A stretch of DNA of 63,931 bases, the filler included, from Reclinomonas americana ATCC 50394 (lineage: Eukaryota): assembly GCA_048213135.1 (NCBI GenBank). It is 23 parts of 23 records of this genome, joined end to end, with 100 filler letters (N's around TTAATTAATTAA, not from the genome) between each part and the next. Parts side by side here need not be neighbours in the genome. Positions count along the whole stretch, not along the records: positions 55,857 to 57,241 come from AFZH01023026.1; positions 57,342 to 62,515 come from AFZH01023027.1; positions 62,616 to 63,931 come from AFZH01023043.1; 20 more parts are not named here. One strand, 5' to 3'. Of the stretch, positions 56,501-63,931 are shown in pieces; the stretch's first letter is position 1, and every line of letters starts with the position of its first letter. The position numbers were made by a program, and so were the translations under genes. Below the pieces are notes generated by a model, which was not told where the DNA came from, ran no database searches, and saw nothing but the letters and a program-made list of their open reading frames with translations.

Positions 56501-59291
56501 CAGCTGCACGCTGATGGTGGCACGGAGCAGGCCGTTGGGAGTCGACGCCGTCACCAAACTGACTGTCTGCGTCGTCGTGCTACTGGTGTGTGTCGTCTCT
56601 GCGCCACACGCAAGGGGTCAGGCACAGAGACACTATGATGCCACTCCAACCAAACGGGAGACGATGAGAACGCACCACCGGACAGCATGACGAATCCGCT
56701 GGTGTTGGTGCTGTCGGGGCGTGTCGGTGCCACAGCAAAGCGCGCAGACACCGCCTCGATGCGCGAGTCGCCGCTCACTGTCCCCTTGATGACGAAGCTC
56801 GAGCGCGAGGCTGAGCTGCTCGTCACCAAGAAATTGTCGCCGCGTACGCGCCCATCATTGCTGGCCGCCGACTGGCGAATTGATTGTACACCGATGACGG
56901 CCACCGGAGTGGCCGGCACCGACGCAAATTGGTACATGAACGATACACTCAGTAGCTGCGTTCGTCAACGCGGAAGCAAGTCAGTCATTGAGGACATGAG
57001 CAGTGGCGCGACTTCTTTTCGGCAGCACGATACATCACAGGCAACGCAACAGTCGAACTGTTCTTGTTCACCGCATCCGTCAACCACGCACTGCTAGAGA
57101 GCGTGCGCTGACCGTCCATCGAGAGTGCTATCGTCTGATGCACGTAGAACGCCAGGTAGCCTGCATGTGCAGCAAAGTGGAGGGAAGAAGATGAGTCGCA
57201 TCTCAATGCCCTCTCATCGTACCGCTCCTGAGAACGCAATTNNNNNNNNNNNNNNNNNNNNNNNNNNNNNNNNNNNNNNNNNNNNTTAATTAATTAANNN
57301 NNNNNNNNNNNNNNNNNNNNNNNNNNNNNNNNNNNNNNNNNCAGCGTGATCGTGGGTCCCGGCTGGCCATCAGTCGACATGCCGTAGCATTGAGTCGACA
57401 GCCACGCCACGGTCACCACCGGCTCCGCGCAGAACGCAAACGTGCCGTCGCTCGGCTCGTCGGCTGGGGTGGAAGGATTGCCGACACTGGCAAAGCCGAG
57501 CAACACGCGCGGACGGCGGTAGAACTCGTGCGCAAACGTGAACCGGATCGTCGTCGTCGTCACCGCCAGCGTCGACATGTTCGGCTTGGCGTCGACCTCG
57601 GTATCCAACGGAGTCGATGTGGGATTGATGCTGCTCGGACTCAGGCCGCCGTCCGTCATGAAGCCAGAGGTGAACGACTCCTCCGACGACACATACGGTC
57701 CGTTGTTGGCCGCCACACACAACTTGTAGGCACCGCCGCCACTCGACCCGTTCGGTGTGATGGTCGCGCGGTACAGGCGACAGCCAGTGCTGTACAGACA
57801 CGTATCGGCGCCACCGCGCACAAACACCGCGCCGACACTGCCCGTCAGCGTCGAGTAGTCCGACAGAGTGGCGCAATCGACGCCTGCTGGCACCAGCTTG
57901 AAGCTCGTGCAGTCGGTAAAGTTGTCAGCGGAGGAGCCGATCACAATCGAGTTGGCGACGCCGTAGGTGAGCACGGGTGGAGCAGCGAAGGAAACAACCG
58001 GCGTCGATGAGGCGTCCGTCACGATGAGTGGGAGTTGCTGCAGGCGGTACACAGAGGTGCCGCCGGCCTGGAACCTGGCAAATGGGAAAGGAGGCGATGA
58101 GAGACGGCGGAGGGCAAGGGAGAAGGAAGAAGGGAGGGAGAGGGGAGGTGAGAGAAAGGAAAGTATCAAGGGAGACGAAGCAAAGCGCGCTCTCTCTCCC
58201 CTCCCCTCTCTCCACATCGAACGCAACTTGCCACACAGATAATACACGCCCGGCGACAACAGCGTGCACGAACCCGTCGCAGTCGCACCCAGCGCGCCCT
58301 GCGTGAACGACGCGCCAGTGGCCACCGAGAAGTCAATGTGCAGGCCAGTCGGATCACTGCTCTGCAGAGTGACGCTCGAGTTTGCTGCCGGCGATCCGCT
58401 GCAATCGGCGGCCGAGTACAAGCCAAACGAGCTGCCAGAGCCCAGCTCACGATTGGCAAAGTGCTGGCCAGTCACCGTCAGCCGAAAGTCGGCGAGACCA
58501 TTCACGAGTTGCAGTGACCGGTTCTGGTCGCCAAGGGTGTCTAAGGGAGGGGAAGGGTCAAGGGAACAGAGAGTGAGTGTGTGTGAGAGAGAGATAATGT
58601 GATGATGATGTTGAATCAACATGCATGCATGCAGTAGAGAGAGCGACGCAACAGACAAACACAGTGGCCACAAACTCGTTGCCAGTGGCCGTGCCTGCTC
58701 CGTCCACATCGATGCACAGGTACCGCTCACCACCAGCGCTGTCACCCGATGCGTTGAAGGTGAGCGAGGCAGCGGCGTTGGAGTTGACGACTGTGGTGGG
58801 CGACACGCCCGTGCATGAGCGGTCGAGGAAGAGTGTGGCAGTGGAGGAAGTCGACCAGGCAATCGTGGAGCCGGTGATGGCGACATCGACAATCTGGCCA
58901 GCGGTGCCGGCCTTGATTGCGATGTTGCTGGGCGAGAGTGCTGCGCAGGGAATTTCGCGCAAGAAGGAATCAGCAGATCTCTTCAAAAACGGGCTGCTTT
59001 TCGCGTGCGTGCATGTAGGAGAATAAGCGGTGGGTGTCGTGGGGGTGCGTGGTGGAGGCAGAGGGAGAGAAGGACAGGGAGGGATTCTTTCGCACAGCGT
59101 TTCAAACTCGAACATGGATTATCGGGCACGGCACACGCGAGGGAACAAGATGGCGTCGGTGCGGTGTTGTGCGTGCTCTGTCTGTGTGTGTGTGTCGACT
59201 CACTTGCAGCAGCTGCCGAGTTGCATAGCGCTGCCAGCGACAGCAGCGCGACGAGGCACAGCACAATACTGGAGCGAATCCGGACAAGCAT
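53523..59291 (-). CDS. Large secreted mosaic protein: signal peptide, beta-rich domains, tandem EGF-like repeats, C-terminal BNR/Asp-box beta-propeller
   Basis: Signal MLVRIRSSIVLCLVALLSLAALCNSAAAA (ATG 59291). Same-strand exons continue across three gaps, and the repeat arrays resume on both sides of the gaps at 54105 and 55757. It ends LVYVFPC* with no TM segment seen. Confidence 0.75.
53530..54905 (-). repeat. Coding 120-nt (40-aa) BNR/Asp-box tandem repeats
   Basis: Unit WxxVASSSDGTKLVAVVNGGQIYTSTDSGVTWTARDSNRA; about 10 copies are visible, interrupted by a gap. Confidence 0.92.
55030..56035 (-). repeat. Coding 90-nt (30-aa) EGF-like tandem repeats
   Basis: Unit CSGHGTCNxDGTCLCTGDYTNASCNCSPTAT, near-identical at the DNA level; about 10 copies are visible, interrupted by a gap. 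Confidence 0.92.
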
Positions 59292-59812
59292 GGGGAGATG
59301 TGTCTCGTGAGCCGCCCCTGTGCAGAGGCGAGATGAGTGTGTGCCACAGACTACGTGCGCTGTATGTGCATGTGCGAGTGGAACGGTGGAAAAGAGATTC
59401 GCGCAGGCGGGGCGTGAATGCCAAGGGAGCAAAGACCAGCAGCACAGCATGCAAACGCGCTTGGGAATGCAAGGGGCAAAATAGGAAAGCAGAGACGTCG
59501 ACGGACGGTGTGGTAAGAGGAGGAAAGAGACGGAGAGCGAGAATAGAATGTCACTCACGAAGGAGACATATGCGTGCTCACCAGCAGACCAACAAAAAAA
59601 GTGCCAACGGTAGCGGTGCGCGGCGATATCATGAAATTCACGTGCAACGCGCCAAATCCCGCTCATGACCGCGGGAATTCAACAATTCGCTCATATATCG
59701 AGACGCGGAGGGCGCAAAGTTGCGATGTCGGTCGATGCTCCCAACCTGATTGAAGCTGCAACACCAGCCGTAATATATCGCAAGATGGATACAATAGTTC
59801 ACCCCCCTCTTC

Positions 59813-62515
59813 TCAAATCTTCAGCCCCGACGTGCAATCCCCGCTTGTCGCACACGCCGTCGCCGTCGACGTGGCCACCACACCACTCTTCGGCACACAC
59901 TGCTTTGTCGACGCTGTAAATGTCCACGAGCCGCAGGCGGTCAACTGGGAGCACCACAGTGAGCATGCTTGTGCTCCGATGGTCGTGGTGATGGCCCACG
60001 TGAGATCGCCACCGGGTCGATCTGCATGCAAGCAACCCAACACGTCAGTCACGATTCTCCCTCATCTCTCACGTCTGCGAGAACTCACCCGTGCTGGTCA
60101 GGAAGCCGCTGCTGTCATACGCCGCCGCACTCGTCTTGCGTCCCGACACCAAGCAGAAATGCGTGCCACACACATTGCTGGTTTCTGCATTGGCTGCCGT
60201 CGCCGGCACGGTGCTCTGCAGGCAATAAAAAATGCAGCGAGTTTGTCATCTCCTCACAAACTCCCTTCTCTGATCACCGATCACTTGCCTTCAGTGTGCA
60301 CACACTCACGCCAAACGTATTCGATGCCGCAGCAGCATCCAGGTACGTCCACGATCGACACTGCGAGTATCGATCACACAAATCGCAGCACCCAATCTCG
60401 CTCGGCAGAGAGGCCATCACAGCCAGGACTGTGCCACCGGGTCGATCCACGTTCTCGAACAGACATACTTCCAACGCCGCTGCTCGGAATGACGAAGAGT
60501 GAGAGGGCAGACAATGCGGCACTCCGGAGGTACCATGAAACGCAACGAGCCACAATTCCACTCTGCGTTGCTGCATATCCTGCATTCGATACTGTATTCA
60601 CGAACAGCAGTCAGCGTCATCTTGAGAGAGAGAGAGAGAACATGTACAGGATATCGATGCAGACGAAATCCAAAGGCAGTTGTCGTAGGTGCAACGAGGA
60701 GCCGGTGAAGACTCAGAGCCTAACTCAGTACAAATCCCTCTAAGCTGTTACATCTTCAACACTGCACATCCACCAACCTATGTGTCTCTCTCCCTGCGCT
60801 CTTCACTCCCTCATATCGACCCTTGGCCCTTCGGCCGTCTTCTAGCGTTGCCCAATACGCTCAAATGCGCAGAGCAATTCGCCTCACAATCTTTACCCTT
60901 CTTTCTCTTCCCACTGTTTTCTCCATCTCCTTTCCCCTTCCACACACCATAGACAATCATGAACTGCTTCGTGTACGTCAGCGCGCCGTCGCTCACTTGC
61001 ACAAACACTTGTAGTCGCCGACTCAACGACGGCGCAACCGACAGCGTCAGCTGGTTGCCGCCAACCAAACTGAACATTGCCGCATGCATGCCGCCGACAA
61101 TACTGAAAGTCGGCGTCTGTCCCGTGTTGAGATCCACCATGCTCAGTGTACCCACGGTAAATGGCACCGTCGCACTCGAGTATGTCTGAGGTCCCGACAG
61201 CAGAATGTCGCTCGGACCAACAGTCCCTGCGCACACATTGTGGTCAGCTCACACTCGGATACACACTCAGACACACGCACTCACATGCATACATCATACA
61301 CAGAGAGAGGAGGAGGGCGAGAAGCAGAGCGAGAAGAAGTAGAATATGGAAATGAAGAACAGCTCTAAATCTCCACACACAAACAAACAACGGTCGACTG
61401 CTCCACGCGCTCTACCTTCCCCTCATGCTCTCACCTATCGCGAATGCAGTCACGGCTACATATCCCTTGGCTGGCGTCCATCGTGTGCACAGTTCGTAAG
61501 TGCCTGTAGTTGCACCCGCCGCTCCAATCGTCAGCGTGATGCTGGTCGCACTGCCGAACATGCTGCTGACGGTGGTGCTGGTCACGGCCGTCGGCGGAGT
61601 TGTGGCGCCGCATCGAGGAGTGGCCAACACATATGCCGACGAGTCGGCCGAGTTGTTGAGCAGCCCAGTGCCCGTCAATGTGATCAACTGGCCAGCCAGT
61701 GCCGACACGAATGTGGCTGACAGTGATGTCACAGTAGGTGCTGCACGCGAGCGACAAGGCAATCAGCATCATTGTGCATCTTAACATCACACAATCAGAA
61801 TAGCACGCAACCTGTAATGTTGAGGGTCTGGTCAAACGACATGGCGGGATTGCCATTGTCGGTCGTACGTACAATCACCACCAGCGACGCCGTCGCCCCC
61901 GCACCCACAAACTGCAGCTGGTTGCCAGACACAATCGTCACCAGTGCACTGCTCGCACCACCCACCACCGAGTACGTGAACGACTGCTGCGAGTTGACAT
62001 CGCTCGTGCTCATCGTGCCGATCGCCAGTCCCACCGAGCTGGGCGGGGTGTACGAGCTCGCACTCAGTGTCACCGCCGTCGGTCCATTATTCACTGCGCA
62101 CAAGGCAAGGTCAACAACCACACCATACAACACTCCCAATCGAACATTCACTCACCCGACGTCACACTGAACGACTTGTCGACAAACATGGGCGGCGTGC
62201 CATTGTCGAACGAGCGGATTGAGACAGCCAGTGGACTGCCCGACTGGCCAGCCGAGGTGATCTGCAACTGTGCGCTGCTCGTTGAAAAAGTGCTCGCATT
62301 CGCACCTCCCGTGATCGCGTACGTGTACGACTGGCTCCCGTCATTATCGCTGGTACTCATCGTACACACAGGCATGTTGGCCGTCGACGGTGCGACATAA
62401 GTGGTGGTAGAGCAGACAATGTCGGTCGGCGTCGAGTTGGAGGTGGTGAAGGAAATGGTGGAGCCGGTGAGGGTGCTGGGCACGGTGGAGGTGGCGAGGG
62501 CACGGAAGTAGTAGG
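59813..62515 (-). CDS. Extracellular protein with cadherin-like repeats, an IPT/TIG-like domain and C-terminal PAN/Apple domains; 5' partial
   Basis: Three cadherin-like units (NxxPTxIxLS...GTMSTSD...FTYSVVGG...QL...VRTTDNG); APTVTSLSATFVSALAGQLITLTGTGL (IPT-like); two Apple domains (ENVDRPGG...CCDLCDRYSQCRSWTY...CTLK and DRPGGDL...CSLWCSQLTACGSWTF...CVPKS); TGA at 59813-59815. Confidence 0.8.
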
Positions 62516-62749
62516 NNNNNNNNNNNNNNNNNNNNNNNNNNNNNNNNNNNNNNNNNNNNTTAATTAATTAANNNNNNNNNNNNNNNNNNNNNNNNNNNNN
62601 NNNNNNNNNNNNNNNGGAGAGAGCGGAAGAGGGGGAAGGAGGGGGAAGGAGGGGAAGAGGGAAGAGGGATGGGAAACACGGAAGGGGGTGAGGCAGAAAG
62701 GGAAGAGAGAAAGACAGACGCACAAACAAGAGACTGGCTACGCACTAAC

Positions 62750-63930
62750 CTTATTCCCCACCACCCTTCCATACTTGGTGCAATAATGGAGCATAATCTC
62801 CAGATAGCGAAAGACGATCACGTAGGCGAAAGCCTTCTTCTTCGTTACGCCCCCAAGTCTCCTGAACAGCATTACTCGTGGTTGCTGCACGCACACAGGC
62901 CGTGAGTGATCGTATCAACTTTGAGTGTCGAGGTACTTTTTCACAAACCGTACGAATCACTGTCGATTTTTTCTTGGTCTGCGTTCACACAGCGCGCAAT
63001 CAACAAAAAGGGCATCGCAGCTCACCCCCACCCCCCCTTCTCCCTTCCCAACCCCGCACACAAACACACATGCACACATCAATCAATAATACCTTGGCAG
63101 GCTTCTCCGCGTCAGCAGCTGGAGGCTCACGAATTACGAGAATTGGCTCCGTGCCTCCAGAGTGGGGAGGTGCCTGGGCACTGATCGCTGCGGGCAACGC
63201 GCCTCTGATGCCGCCCGCCTGCACAACGCCCCGCTCAGCGAGAGAGTTGAGGAGGTGGCCAGTTCCGGCGCGCATGATCTTCTCCGCAGCGTCCTTCGAC
63301 TCGCAGTCTGACGGGGCCCGACAAGTCACGAGCACACGCGTCGACTCGTCACTGCAAGAAGAGGCACAGAGATGAGAACGATGAGAATCAAAAGAAGAGC
63401 CCACACACAGCGCACATGGCGAAGTTGGCATTGGCGTATCGGATTGAGGGATCCAAGAACACACCACTGCATGTTCAACAGAGAGATGCACAGTGTAAGC
63501 GCGCGGCAGCTCATACCGTAGACATCAAGAGCACACACCTTTCTTGCTGTGATATCAGCTTGGTTCGGATGATATCACGCATGCGGCTGAGGCACTCGGC
63601 CGCGACAAAAGCAGCGTCCGCTAGGTCTGCAGTGGCGGGTGGCCAACGGGGAGGCGGCGCCACGGCCGCCTCCGCACCATCAGCGGCATCTTCTTCCTCA
63701 GTCGCTGGATCCGGATGCTGTGCCTGCCACAACAATAGCAGGTACACCATCCTCCTGCTGGCACTGGACAATCTCGAGCTCCGAGGCTCCCACCCGTCCT
63801 TCTTGACCGCCGACAACTCCAAATGCACGGATTCCAGCAATTCGAAAGTGTGGGACAAAAAGTCGGAGTACACGAGAGACGGAGCTGGGTCACTGCCACT
63901 GCCACTGGCGGCGGCACCGGCGGCTGCCAT
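62750..63930 (-). CDS. Hypothetical multi-exon protein, 3' partial
   Basis: ORFs 63511-63930 and 63000-63491 plus short exons (TKKKSTVIRT|QPRVMLFRRLGGVTKKKAFAYVIVFRYLEIMLHYC) with GT-AG boundaries. Confidence 0.6.
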
Positions 63931-63931
63931 T

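Overview
Gene-dense, intron-rich scaffold from a eukaryotic microbe. It is probably a flagellated, mitochondriate protist (CFAP20DC, OSCP and a TIM50-like gene are present), and it uses the standard genetic code. Twenty-two artificial 100-nt spacers (N44-TTAATTAATTAA-N44) break the window, but several genes continue in order across them. Manual exon splicing gives about 18 host genes or fragments: TIM50-like, FAM135, a Cdc15/STE11-like pseudokinase with IQ motifs followed by a TKL kinase, CFAP20DC, an EF-hand-fused purple acid phosphatase, DENND10, OSCP, an NCS-type Ca sensor, a CaMK1-like kinase, IFRD, Pumilio, a WD40 protein, an RBR E3 ligase, two large extracellular mosaic proteins and hypothetical proteins. 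There is also a 5'-truncated RLE-type non-LTR retrotransposon. The strongest unexplained signal is an abundant class of 5' splice sites reading GT-T-G[A/C]-G, the normal donor with one extra nucleotide, at more than 20 frame-checked introns. The second is a possible JAK-like tandem pseudokinase-IQ-kinase protein. All family calls come from motif recognition by eye; no searches were run.
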